A stretch of DNA of 64,000 nt. It comes from an uncultured Bacillales bacterium. Lineage in GTDB: Bacteria; Bacillota_I; Bacilli_A; RFN20; CAG-288. Below are positions 51,714 to 61,719 of the stretch, in pieces; the stretch's first letter is position 1, and each line of letters begins with the position of its first letter. Below the pieces are notes generated by a model, which saw only the letters and a program-made list of their open reading frames with translations, was not told the origin of the DNA and ran no database searches. The translations under genes and the position numbers were made by a program. The stretch lies in NCBI GenBank assembly GCA_949287425.1, contig CASEGJ010000004.1, forward strand, positions 325,727 to 389,726. Reading direction: 5' to 3'.

Positions 51714-51762
51714 AAAAAAACCCTTAGAAATATCATTAAATTGATGTAACTAAGGGTTTTTA
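51714..51762. terminator. Bidirectional terminator between convergent pgm-like and HAD genes
   Basis: A7-CCCTTAG...CTAAGGG-TTTTT. Confidence 0.55.
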
Positions 51763-51790
51763 ATTTAACTTAAATATAACAACAATATAA

Positions 51791-52615
51791 CTATAAATTG
51801 GAATTATCGTGAAGTAAAAGCTGTAAAGTCTTTCTAACTCCATCGTTATTATTTGTATCTAATGAGACCATATCGGCAGTGTGTTTAACAATAGGTGAAT
51901 CAGAATTTTTCATCGCAACGCCAATTCCAGCTTTAGAAATCATTTCCATATCGTTTTGAGCATCGCCAATGCAAATTATATTTTCGTTTTTTAGATTGTA
52001 TATTTTAGCAACTTGTTGAATAGAAGTGTATTTGTTAATTTGGTTGAAATAAAATTCAGCAATGTTAGTATTGGCCCAAAATCTAATATTGACATCTTCA
52101 GAAATAGAACCGACAAACTTTAAAATATCTTTAGATAATTCTCCATTTTTAATTTCAAACAAGGCTCCTAAAATATGCTTATTCGTTAACTTAGTAATAT
52201 CTCCATAGTGGACGTTAATGCCATTTTTGTAAGTGTAAGTCTGTAAGCTAGGGACATCTTTTTCAAAGTAGACATCTTTAAAAGTTTCAACCATGATATT
52301 TAGGAAAGATTGTTTTCCAAACTTGTCAACAATATCAAAAACTAATTCTAGAGGATAATTTACCTGATAGAGAATTTTATCATTTTGCTTTGGATCAATT
52401 ACCATTGCGCCATTATAACAAACTATCAAAGTGTTAAGTCCGATTTGATTGTAATAAGGTAAAACAGCTCTATATGGTCTTCCAGAAGCTAAACAGATTT
52501 TAACCCCTTTATCTTGTAGAGATTTTAAATAAGTTAAAGTTTCATTAGATATCGTTTTATCATCTTTAAGCAAAGTGCCATCTAAGTCAATAATTACTAA
52601 TGTGTCTTTTAACAT
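51791..52615 (-). CDS. Cof-type HAD-IIB family hydrolase (sugar phosphatase)
   Basis: 'VIIDLDGTLL' motif I; 'GDAQNDMEM' motif IV. Confidence 0.75.
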   Translation of the reverse strand: MLKDTLVIIDLDGTLLKDDKTISNETLTYLKSLQDKGVKICLASGRPYRAVLPYYNQIGLNTLIVCYNGAMVIDPKQNDKILYQVNYPLELVFDIVDKFGKQSFLNIMVETFKDVYFEKDVPSLQTYTYKNGINVHYGDITKLTNKHILGALFEIKNGELSKDILKFVGSISEDVNIRFWANTNIAEFYFNQINKYTSIQQVAKIYNLKNENIICIGDAQNDMEMISKAGIGVAMKNSDSPIVKHTADMVSLDTNNNDGVRKTLQLLLHDNSNL

Positions 52616-53610
52616 TATCTTAATCCTACTACTTTCATTATTCTCTCTAAGACAGGTTGAGCAACTTTGCTAGCTTTTTTAGCTCCACTAGCGAAGATTT
52701 CATTTAAATAAGCTTCATTTTTTCTATATTCTTCAAATTTAGCTTTGAAAGGAAGGAGTTCTTCTAAACAAGCATCAGCAACAGCTTTTTTAAATGTGCC
52801 ATAATTAGAGTTATTAAATTCATGTTCAGCTTGTGATATTTCAATGTTTTTAAAAGCGGAATAGATAGTTAATAAATTTGAAATCCCAGGTTTATTAACT
52901 GGATCATATTTAACAATTGAATCAGAATCAGTAACAGCTGACATTATCTTTTTTCTAATTGTCTTTTCATCATCTTGAAGATAGATAACACCTTTAGATT
53001 GATTAGGATCATCTGATTTAGACATTTTATGAAGCGGATCAGATAAAGACATGATTCTTTTTCCTACTTTAGGAGTATAAGAAGTAGGAAGTTTAATATA
53101 TTCTCCTTTATAACGGGAATTGAATCTTCTAGCGATATCGTGAGCGAGTTCAACATGTTGATTTTGATCTTCGCCAACAGGGACTAAGTCAGTATCGTAT
53201 AAAAAGATATCGCAAGCCATTAAAACAGGGTAAGTAAATAGGCCAACTCCAACTTTACTTTGATTCATGGCTTTTGATTTTTCTTTAAATTGAATCATTC
53301 TAGAAAGCTCACCCATATAGATGTAATTGATTAAAATAGTATCTAAAACAGAAACTTCATAGACGTCTGATTGTCTAAATAAAGTTGTTTTTTTAGGATC
53401 AAGACCACTAGCTAGATAAAAAGAAATAATATCGTAAGTAGTAGAATGAAGCAATTTAGAGTCAATAGGTAAAGTTAAAGCGTGAAGATCAGCTACAAAT
53501 ATAAAGACATCGTTTTCATCTTGAAATTTAGAAAAGTTTCTAAAAGATCCAAGATAGTTTCCTAATGTCATTTTTCCTGTAGGTTTTACACCTGAAAGTA
53601 CTCTTTTCAT
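52615..53610 (-). CDS. trpS: Tryptophan--tRNA ligase
   Basis: 'SGVKPTGKMTLGNYLG' (HIGH-region variant typical of TrpRS) and 'KMSKSD'. Confidence 0.9.
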   Translation of the reverse strand: MKRVLSGVKPTGKMTLGNYLGSFRNFSKFQDENDVFIFVADLHALTLPIDSKLLHSTTYDIISFYLASGLDPKKTTLFRQSDVYEVSVLDTILINYIYMGELSRMIQFKEKSKAMNQSKVGVGLFTYPVLMACDIFLYDTDLVPVGEDQNQHVELAHDIARRFNSRYKGEYIKLPTSYTPKVGKRIMSLSDPLHKMSKSDDPNQSKGVIYLQDDEKTIRKKIMSAVTDSDSIVKYDPVNKPGISNLLTIYSAFKNIEISQAEHEFNNSNYGTFKKAVADACLEELLPFKAKFEEYRKNEAYLNEIFASGAKKASKVAQPVLERIMKVVGLR

Positions 53611-53618
53611 ATATCCTC

Positions 53619-55292
53619 CTAGTTGTTTTCAAGATATTTGATAGCTAAATCAAATCTTCTATCAATTTCTTGTTTAGGTAAAATTTGTAAGATATCGTAT
53701 AAGTTAGGTGACATATTAGAAGTAGTTAAACTTATTCTAATCATATTAGCTATATCTCCAACATGCCCTTTATAGCTGTCTTTATTTTTCTTGTAGATTT
53801 TAAATTGACTAGCAAAACCATATTTTTCGCCTAGGGCTTTTAAAGATTCAAACCAATCTTGTTGATTTAAACTATAATCGTTAGTTTCCTTAAATGCTTT
53901 TAAGATAGAGATAGTTAATTGCTTATCGATATTAGGGTTAAAATCCAGTTTGGTAGTTTTAAACATCTCATCGAATTTTTCATTATAGAAGAAAGCGATA
54001 TGAGGGAGAATATCTGAATATTTTGTATAATCTTTTCTAGGTTTTTCTCCACCGCGTTCAATATTCATGATTCTTTCAAATTTAGAATAATCCTGATTTA
54101 TTAAATCTAAAAGATCTTTTGAATAAACTTCAGCCCATTTTTTAGCTTCACTAGAAATTTTTTCTTTAGAATAATAAGCTAGAGTTTCTTTGCAGATATT
54201 TTGCAATTTAGGTAAATCAAACAAAGCCCCATCTAACGACATTTTATTAAATGTAAATTTGAAGTTTGAAATATCTTCATTAGGATTAGCTAATAACCAT
54301 TCTTCGAAATTTGAGTTAGCAATGGTCATTAAATATTTGATAATTCCTTCAATAGGATAGCCTTCTTGCAAGAAATAGCTAACAGCTGCTTCAGGATCCT
54401 TTCTTTTTGAAAGTTTTCTTTTGTTGCCGTTATCTAATTTCATAATGACAGGTAAATGAGCGTATTTTGGCTTTTTAAAATTAAGAGCATCAAACAATTC
54501 AATATGAATAGGTAAACTAGAAATCCACTCTTCACCTCTAGTTACAACAGTTGTATGCATGAAATGGTCATCGCAGGCGTGAGCAAAATGGTAAGTAGGT
54601 AAACCATCAGATTTCATAATAACTATATCTTGGTCATTTTGAGTTAAATCTAAATCACCTCTAACTTCATCGTGAACTCTAATGTATTTAGTATGATCAC
54701 CATTAGATTTAAATCTAATAACAAACTTTTCACCATTTTCTATTTTTTGATAGGCTTCATCTATACTTAGATGTCTGCATTTTGCATATTCGCCATAATA
54801 ACCTGGAATAACTCTGTTAGCTTCTTGAGTTTGACGTAAAAGATTTAAATCTTCTTGAGTGCAAAAACACGGATAAGCTCTGCCTTGCTTAATAAGTTCT
54901 TTGATACAAATTTTATATATTTCAGCTCTTTTAGATTGAACATAAGGGCCATATTCGCCTTTTTCAAAATCGCCCATATAGCCTTCATCTTGAATTACTC
55001 CAAATTGTTCAAGTTGTTCAATTAACTGTTTACCTGAACCTTCAATTTCTCTTTTTTGATCAGTATCTTCTAATCTAAAATAGTAGATACCATTAGATTG
55101 TTTAGCAACTTTGTAAGCGACTAAAGCAGTAAAAAGAGAACCGGTATGTAAAAAACCAGTAGGGGAAGGAGCAAATCTAGTAACTTCTCCTTGTTGAGGT
55201 AATTGTCTTTCAGGATATTTTTTTTCTAAATCGTCAATAGTAAGATTAATATCCGGGAAAATTAAGTTAGCTAATTCTTCATAAGTATGCAT
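53619..55292 (-). CDS. gltX: Glutamate--tRNA ligase (with ~35-aa N-terminal extension and long anticodon-binding C-terminus)
   Basis: 'TRFAPSPTGFLHTGS', 'RLEDTDQKR', 'KLSKRK'. Confidence 0.8.
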   Translation of the reverse strand: MHTYEELANLIFPDINLTIDDLEKKYPERQLPQQGEVTRFAPSPTGFLHTGSLFTALVAYKVAKQSNGIYYFRLEDTDQKREIEGSGKQLIEQLEQFGVIQDEGYMGDFEKGEYGPYVQSKRAEIYKICIKELIKQGRAYPCFCTQEDLNLLRQTQEANRVIPGYYGEYAKCRHLSIDEAYQKIENGEKFVIRFKSNGDHTKYIRVHDEVRGDLDLTQNDQDIVIMKSDGLPTYHFAHACDDHFMHTTVVTRGEEWISSLPIHIELFDALNFKKPKYAHLPVIMKLDNGNKRKLSKRKDPEAAVSYFLQEGYPIEGIIKYLMTIANSNFEEWLLANPNEDISNFKFTFNKMSLDGALFDLPKLQNICKETLAYYSKEKISSEAKKWAEVYSKDLLDLINQDYSKFERIMNIERGGEKPRKDYTKYSDILPHIAFFYNEKFDEMFKTTKLDFNPNIDKQLTISILKAFKETNDYSLNQQDWFESLKALGEKYGFASQFKIYKKNKDSYKGHVGDIANMIRISLTTSNMSPNLYDILQILPKQEIDRRFDLAIKYLENN

Positions 55293-55310
55293 TTATATAA
55301 TTCCTTTCTT

Positions 55311-56384
55311 TTATTTTAATGGTTTAATATAGAAGTTACCAAAGACTTGATGAGATTGAATGACGTTGACGAAGGCATGTTCATCTAGTTCTTTTACAAA
55401 GTTGATAACTTGTTTAACTTCCGAAGAAGATACAGTCATATATATAAGTTTTCTAGGTTTACCAGTATAACCACCGATAGCATCGACAATAGTGCATCCA
55501 TGAGGGAAGATTCTCATCAGCTTTTGACCTAGCTCACTATCTGAAGTATTAATTTGAATTTCTGTTTTTTGATTTTTAATATTGATAATATCAGTTACTT
55601 TAGAATTAGTGATGAAATAAATAAGCGTATATAAAGTCATAGTAATTTCATCAAAACCACCGACTTTAATCGCATTAAATAAGGTATAACAAATAACAGT
55701 AATGCAGTTTAAGATAGCAGAGTATTTTCCAACACCGGTAGATTTTTTCTCAGCGATAGCAAAAGCGATAATATCAATTCCACCTGTTGAAGTTCCAATG
55801 ACATATGAAAGTCCAGAAGAGATTCCGGTAGTAACTCCACCAGCTAAGCCACGGGCGATGTAATCGTATTTAAACGAAGTAACTATATCGCTAGTGTCGC
55901 TAGTTTCAAAAATTGTAACCCAACTATCAGGTAGCGCTTGAATTAAAATGGAAGTGAGAATGACATTGATAAAAGTAATAATGGCGAACTTCTTACCTAT
56001 TTTAAACCAAGCTAAGAAAAATAATGGGACATTTACTAGAAAATAAAATAGAGATTGAATGTTTTTTTCGCTTTCAGCATTGAAATTTAAACCGCAAATT
56101 TCTAATAGTCTAGTTAAAACTTGAGCGACACCAGAAGCGCCTCCAGAAACTAATGCTGGAGCGTTGCCAGGTGAAATAAAAGCTCTAAAGCCAAAAGCAA
56201 AAGCAAAAGCAGAGATAAAAGTTACAAAAATAATAGTTAGATAATTAATGACTCTTCCTAAAGGATAGTGGTCTAAGCAAAACATTTCTAACTTTCTTTT
56301 AAATTTTTGCCACTTTGTTTTTTTATGAATAACAATGTGATGTTTGATTTTATCTAATTCTTCTTGAGTAGGTAATTTATCCAT
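55311..56384 (-). CDS. YitT-family membrane protein (DUF161 + C-terminal DUF2179)
   Basis: 'GTSTGGIDIIAFAIAEK' and soluble C-terminal domain. Confidence 0.65.
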   Translation of the reverse strand: MDKLPTQEELDKIKHHIVIHKKTKWQKFKRKLEMFCLDHYPLGRVINYLTIIFVTFISAFAFAFGFRAFISPGNAPALVSGGASGVAQVLTRLLEICGLNFNAESEKNIQSLFYFLVNVPLFFLAWFKIGKKFAIITFINVILTSILIQALPDSWVTIFETSDTSDIVTSFKYDYIARGLAGGVTTGISSGLSYVIGTSTGGIDIIAFAIAEKKSTGVGKYSAILNCITVICYTLFNAIKVGGFDEITMTLYTLIYFITNSKVTDIINIKNQKTEIQINTSDSELGQKLMRIFPHGCTIVDAIGGYTGKPRKLIYMTVSSSEVKQVINFVKELDEHAFVNVIQSHQVFGNFYIKPLK

Positions 56385-56519
56385 AATTTGTAATATATTT
56401 CAATGTTTAATAAGTATCTATTTAATTATATAGGTAACGAAATCATTATTAAAGTAAAAATGCGGGTTATCTATTAAAAAAACCTACGTGTTAAGTAGGT
56501 TAATTTAGAACATTATATT

Positions 56520-56711
56520 TTATTCAGCTTGTTTAGCTTTGACATCAAGAACCTTTTTGCCGTCGTAATATCCACATTTAGGACAAACGTGATGAGGTTT
56601 AATTGAAGCTCCGCAATTTGAGCATTCAACTAAGCCGACAGGACTTAATTTAAAATGGGTTCTTCTTAATGCTTTACGGGTTTTAGATGTTCTTCTTTGA
56701 GGTACTGCCAT
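56520..56711 (-). CDS. rpmF: 50S ribosomal protein L32
   Basis: '[19 protein letters not shown]...CSNCGA...CPKCGYY'. Confidence 0.9.
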   Translation of the reverse strand: MAVPQRRTSKTRKALRRTHFKLSPVGLVECSNCGASIKPHHVCPKCGYYDGKKVLDVKAKQAE

Positions 56712-56940
56712 ATATATCTAACTCCTTTACTAACATACGCTGAAATATTATACATTTACGTTTTTTTAATGTCAATTAAAAAATTCTCAGCGCCAAACTT
56801 CTTAATTATTATATATCAAAATATCGATATGTTAAATAAAAATTAATTTTAACAATAAGAGCAACGTAAAATTTTTGTACTTGTATATATTTAAATATTT
56901 TGTATAATAATTTAGTGTCTAGATTTTTCAAGGAGAAAAA

Positions 56941-57168
56941 ATGTTAGCTTTTGAAATTTTACTATTAGTATTCGCTATATTGCTTATTATTCTAGCTTTA
57001 CTAACTGGTCCTAAATCACAAGGTGCTTCTGGTGCTATTACTGGTGGTACTAACATGAATATATTTACTAAGACTAAGGAAAGAGGAGTAGATAAGATTA
57101 TCTCAATTATCACATTAGTATGTGGTATATTGTTCTTCTTATTTGCTATCTTAGCTCGTTACTTGTAA
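56941..57168 (+). CDS. secG: Preprotein translocase subunit SecG
   Basis: 75 aa, two TM helices separated by Gly-rich loop 'GASGAITGGTN'; sits upstream of rnr as in Bacillus. Confidence 0.7.
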   Translation: MLAFEILLLVFAILLIILALLTGPKSQGASGAITGGTNMNIFTKTKERGVDKIISIITLVCGILFFLFAILARYL

Positions 57169-57234
57169 TTATAATTTGATTATTTAGGGCTTTAAGCCCT
57201 TTTTCTTTGACAACAATATCATTAAGGAGGATAT

Positions 57235-59511
57235 ATGGATAGACAAGCTTTAATTAACTTTTTAAAAAAAGGTCCAAAAACTATAGATGAGATTGCTAAT
57301 CAATTTAAACTTAGAACTAACCAAGCTTCTAGTTATCTTAATGTTTATCTTGATTCAGGTTTGATAGTTGAAACTGTTTCTGGGTATGATTTAGCTAGTA
57401 GATATGGTTTAATTTTAGCTAGATTGGTTTTAAGAAAGACCAATTTTGCTTATCTTGAAGTTATTTCTTCTAATGAAAATAAAAAATATGAAGATATCAG
57501 AGTCTCTAATAGATCATTAAATGGATATATTCTTTCTGATATAGTTTATGTTCAATTTGACAATTTTAATACTGCTTCTATTGTTGGCTTATATAAAAGA
57601 GTTGAATATTTAACTGGAAATATTTATAAATCTCCTAAAGGTGGATTTAACCTTCATTCTCGCTTATTAGAAAATAGTTCGATTCAAGCTAGAATTGTTA
57701 CTAATTTAAACGATGTTAAACTTTCAGATGGCGATTTAGTTAAATGCAAAATAATTTCTAGCTATAAAGAATATATCGATTTAGAATTTGAAGAAGTATT
57801 AGTTAAAGCTAATCAAGTTGGAGCCGATATTTCTTCGATTATTGTTAATAATGACGCCCCGTTAAATTTTCCAAGTCAAGTTATTGAACAGGCTAAAATT
57901 ATGCCAAAAGAAGTTATTGAAACTGATTTGGAAAATCGCGTTGATTTTAGAAATGAGACAATAGTTACAATCGATGGAGAAGACGCTTTAGATTTCGATG
58001 ATGCTATTTCAGTTAAAAAGATAGCTAATGGTTTTGAATTGGGAGTATATATTGCTGATGTATCATATTATGTTAAACCTAATACTCCAATTGATGAAGA
58101 AGCTAATGTTAGAGGAACTTCTATTTATGTCGCTGATAGAGTTGTTCCGATGTTACCTGTTGAACTTTCCAATGGAATTTGTTCATTAAACCCACATGTC
58201 GATAGATTAGTTTTAGCTTGTATTATGCAAGTATCTTCTTCAGGTGAGGTTTATAGCTATAAAGTTTGTCAAGGCGTAATTAATTCTAAAGCTCGATTAA
58301 CTTATAGCCAGGTTAATTCTTATTATGAAACTAACAATAGTGAAAATCTCGACAAAAGCATCACTAAAATGCTCGATATAGCATTGCAATTAAGTCAAGC
58401 TATTAGAAAAAGAAGAGAAAGACAAGGAGCCTTAGATTTAGAATCAACTGAACTTAAATTCCACCTTGACGAAAATGGAAATCCAATTGAAATTTTGAAA
58501 AAAGAACAGGGAATTGGTGAAAAACTAATTGAAGATTTCATGATAGTTACAAATTGTTCTATCGCTAATTTTTTAGCAGAAAGAAATATACCGACTTTAT
58601 ATAGAATTCATGAAAATCCACCTGAAGATAAAATTAACACTTTCAAAATCTTTTTGAAAAATATTAAATTAGCTGCTGATTTTCCAAAGATAATAACTCC
58701 AGTTTCTCTTTCAGTTTGGTTTAATTCTATTAAAGATAAGAAACTGAGATTTGTCGTTTCTTCATTTTTGTTACGATCATTAGCGAAAGCTAAATATTCT
58801 CCATTAAATGAAGGGCATTTTGGTTTAGCTGAACCTTGTTATCTCCATTTTACTTCACCAATTAGACGTTATCCTGATTTGCTAGTTCACCGCACTATTA
58901 GAAATTATGTTTTTAATAGAGAAAAACTCAATTATTCAGAATATTTTACTTATATGACTAATCAAGGAATCTCCACTTCTAGTTCAGAAAGAAGAGCAAC
59001 TAGCATTGAAAGAGAAGTCGATGATTTAGAAGCGTGTAAGTATATGAAAAATCACATAGGTGAAACTTATAGTGGTATTATTACTAACATAGTTAGTAAG
59101 GGAATGTATCTTCAACTTGAAAATGGCATTGATTGTTATTTAGATATTGAAAATATCAATCCTGAAAAAGAATATACTTATTCTTCTAAACATTTTGACA
59201 TTCAATCAAAAAGAGGCAAATTCAATAAAAATGAGCCGATTGAATTATATAAATTAGGTCAAAGTCTCGATGTTGTTATTTCCAAGGTAACTTTTGAAGA
59301 TAAACAGATTCACGTAATTACTAAAACTTATGATCAATATCTTGAAAATTTGGAAAAATATAACATTGAAGTTGATAAGCAAGAAAAAGAATTTAAAAAG
59401 GCTAAAGATAATTCAAGAGTTAAAAAACATTTAGGAAGACGCTCTAAATCCTATTTGAAAAAACAAGGAAAGTCTTCAAGAGGTCACTATGGAAAAAAAG
59501 CGAGAAAATAA
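57235..59511 (+). CDS. rnr: Ribonuclease R
   Basis: RNB domain 'HFGLAEPCYLHFTSPIRRYPDLLVHR', N-terminal HTH, S1 domain, K-rich tail. Confidence 0.9.
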   Translation: MDRQALINFLKKGPKTIDEIANQFKLRTNQASSYLNVYLDSGLIVETVSGYDLASRYGLILARLVLRKTNFAYLEVISSNENKKYEDIRVSNRSLNGYILSDIVYVQFDNFNTASIVGLYKRVEYLTGNIYKSPKGGFNLHSRLLENSSIQARIVTNLNDVKLSDGDLVKCKIISSYKEYIDLEFEEVLVKANQVGADISSIIVNNDAPLNFPSQVIEQAKIMPKEVIETDLENRVDFRNETIVTIDGEDALDFDDAISVKKIANGFELGVYIADVSYYVKPNTPIDEEANVRGTSIYVADRVVPMLPVELSNGICSLNPHVDRLVLACIMQVSSSGEVYSYKVCQGVINSKARLTYSQVNSYYETNNSENLDKSITKMLDIALQLSQAIRKRRERQGALDLESTELKFHLDENGNPIEILKKEQGIGEKLIEDFMIVTNCSIANFLAERNIPTLYRIHENPPEDKINTFKIFLKNIKLAADFPKIITPVSLSVWFNSIKDKKLRFVVSSFLLRSLAKAKYSPLNEGHFGLAEPCYLHFTSPIRRYPDLLVHRTIRNYVFNREKLNYSEYFTYMTNQGISTSSSERRATSIEREVDDLEACKYMKNHIGETYSGIITNIVSKGMYLQLENGIDCYLDIENINPEKEYTYSSKHFDIQSKRGKFNKNEPIELYKLGQSLDVVISKVTFEDKQIHVITKTYDQYLENLEKYNIEVDKQEKEFKKAKDNSRVKKHLGRRSKSYLKKQGKSSRGHYGKKARK

Positions 59512-59953
59512 CAAATTAATTGCTTCTAATCACAAGGCCAGATATCAATATTTTCTCGAAGATTTTTATGAAGCTGGTCTTGTATTAAAAGGTACTGAAA
59601 TTAAATCTCTTCGTTTGGGCCATTGTTCTATTAACGAATCTTATATTGATATTAAAAATGGCGAAGCGTTTATCTATGATATGGATATTCCTATTTATTC
59701 ACATGGAAATATCTTTAATCATGAACCAAAAAGAGTGAGAAAGTTGCTTTTAAATAAAAGAGAAATACTTAAATTATCTAATCAAGTTAAAATTAAAGGC
59801 TATACTATCGTTCCGACAAAGTGTTATTTAAAAGATGGTTTTGCTAAACTTGAAATAGCTTTAGCTAAAGGTAAAAACACTATTGATAAACGAGAAACTA
59901 TCAAGAAAAGAGATATTCAATTAGATATAGCTAAACAATTAAAAAGAGGATAA
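59489..59953 (+). CDS. smpB: SsrA-binding protein SmpB
   Basis: 'IASNHKARYQYFLEDFYEAGLVLKGTEIKSLR'. Confidence 0.92.
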   Translation: MEKKRENNKLIASNHKARYQYFLEDFYEAGLVLKGTEIKSLRLGHCSINESYIDIKNGEAFIYDMDIPIYSHGNIFNHEPKRVRKLLLNKREILKLSNQVKIKGYTIVPTKCYLKDGFAKLEIALAKGKNTIDKRETIKKRDIQLDIAKQLKRG

Positions 59954-59954
59954 T

Positions 59955-60740
59955 ATGAAAAGATATCTAGCTAATTTAACTAAATATGTATCTATTTGCA
60001 GCATAATGATGGCTTTATCATTTGTTTTAAATAGATATGTTTCAATTTCTAGCACGTGGTTTAGAATAGGGATTTCTTCTACACCTATTGTAATTACAAG
60101 TGTTTTATTTGGCCCACTTTGGGGTGGATTAGTTGGATTAGGCTCAGATTTATTAGCGGCCTTTTTAGTGCCTCAAGGCGCTTATTTTATCGGCTATAGT
60201 ATCGATACCACTCTTATGGGTGTTTTGCCCTGGCTCAGTTTAAGATTATTTAAAGGACGTAGTAAAACCAAGTTTGTAATTTATACTATATTAGTAGCAG
60301 TTACATGTGCGATATCTATAGCATTTTGCAGTGAATTTGATGTTTTTAAAAAGCAAAATCTCGAATTGTATATAAGGATATTAATTCCTATCGGTGTAGC
60401 TATCTACTATGTAATTCTATTTGTAATTTACCAGTTTATTTTAAAAAAGCAGGGAAGATTTAAAGTATTTGTTAGAGAAGATGAAAAATATAGTTTATCA
60501 GATATATATTTAGCAATCTTTATTAATCACAGCATCATATCTTTATTTTTATTGCCGGCTTGGAATCTAATAACAGTTGAAATTAATTATTTGTTAACTA
60601 GTTTTACTCAAGTTATTATCTTTTTAGTTTCAGGGTTAGTTAATTCGCTTATTGTTTATTTTGTAATTAACAGTATTATTCAATCTAAAATATTAAGCTG
60701 GGTTAAATTGAAAAAATATAATTTACCGACAAAAAAATAG
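59955..60740 (+). CDS. ECF-transporter S-component-like membrane protein (substrate unknown)
   Basis: 6 TM; 'VITSVLFGPLWGGLVGLGSDLLAAF' resembles S-component signature helices. Confidence 0.4.
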   Translation: MKRYLANLTKYVSICSIMMALSFVLNRYVSISSTWFRIGISSTPIVITSVLFGPLWGGLVGLGSDLLAAFLVPQGAYFIGYSIDTTLMGVLPWLSLRLFKGRSKTKFVIYTILVAVTCAISIAFCSEFDVFKKQNLELYIRILIPIGVAIYYVILFVIYQFILKKQGRFKVFVREDEKYSLSDIYLAIFINHSIISLFLLPAWNLITVEINYLLTSFTQVIIFLVSGLVNSLIVYFVINSIIQSKILSWVKLKKYNLPTKK

Positions 60741-60819
60741 TCTAAAAATGAAAGATATTTTCATCTATTTATATCTAAGAAAATACTATATAATTTAAGA
60801 GTGATTTTTAGGAGAAAAC

Positions 60820-61410
60820 ATGTATCAAGAATTTAATAAAGGTTGGATAGAAGTTATTACTGGTCCGATGTTTGCTGGTAAATCTGAAGAATTAATTAGA
60901 AGAATAAGAACATTAAAATACGCTAAGAAAAATATCGTTTGTTTTAAGCCATCGATTGACGATAGATATTCTGAAACTTCGATTGCTAGTCATGCGGGTG
61001 GAAGATATAAAGCGTATCCAGTTAAATCGATTCAAGATATTAAAGATAATTTAACTGATGATGTCGATGTTATCGCTATTGATGAAATTCAATTTTTCGG
61101 TGAAGAGATTCTTCTTTTGCTCGATGAACTAGCTAATTCAGGTAAAAGAGTAATGTGTGCTGGTTTGGATCTTGATTTTAGAGGAGAACCATTTGGAATT
61201 ATGCCGAAATTACTAGCTAAAGCTGAATTTGTCACTAAGTTAACTGCCGCGTGTAAAATATGTGGAGAAGCTGCGACAAGAACTCAAAGGATAATTGATG
61301 GGAAACCCGCTTATTATGAAGAACCGGTTGTAGTAGTTGGAGCTAGTGAATGTTATGAAGCTAGATGCAGACATCACCATCAAGTTCCACATAAAAATAG
61401 CAGCAACTAG
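60820..61410 (+). CDS. tdk: Thymidine kinase
   Basis: P-loop 'GPMFAGKSEEL', C-terminal zinc ribbon 'CKICGEA...C..C'. Confidence 0.92.
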   Translation: MYQEFNKGWIEVITGPMFAGKSEELIRRIRTLKYAKKNIVCFKPSIDDRYSETSIASHAGGRYKAYPVKSIQDIKDNLTDDVDVIAIDEIQFFGEEILLLLDELANSGKRVMCAGLDLDFRGEPFGIMPKLLAKAEFVTKLTAACKICGEAATRTQRIIDGKPAYYEEPVVVVGASECYEARCRHHHQVPHKNSSN

Positions 61411-61413
61411 CTG

Positions 61414-61719
61414 CTATTTAAAAATATCTTTTAATGGAGAAACTAGATTTTCAAGTCTAGTTTTTAAATTTAGATAAGTGACGTAAATAGGATAGTTATC
61501 ATATTCGTCTTCTAGTTTTTTAATCTCTCTTATTTTGTCAAATAATTCTTCTTGATGTAGTTTAGAAAGCTGTTTTTTTTCTAAATTTATTTTTTCTTTT
61601 AACTGACAAAGATATTTATCATTTTCGTATAGATTTTTAACTTTTAAATATTTTTGAAACAAATCTGAATCAACTATTTGTTTTGCTAAATTTTCAGTTT
61701 CTTTTTCTAAATTAGTCAT
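61414..61719 (-). CDS. YmcA/RicA-like (UPF0342) small protein
   Basis: 101 aa, helical; located immediately downstream of miaB as ymcA is in Bacillus. Confidence 0.45.
   Translation of the reverse strand: MTNLEKETENLAKQIVDSDLFQKYLKVKNLYENDKYLCQLKEKINLEKKQLSKLHQEELFDKIREIKKLEDEYDNYPIYVTYLNLKTRLENLVSPLKDIFK

Noticed and set aside
59954-60740. Looked for ssrA (tmRNA) after smpB and for tRNA/rRNA genes in intergenic spaces
   Set aside because: No intergenic space after smpB; no cloverleaf-like or rRNA-like conserved stretches seen in the longer intergenic regions (21947-22177, 56712-56940, 19601-19695).
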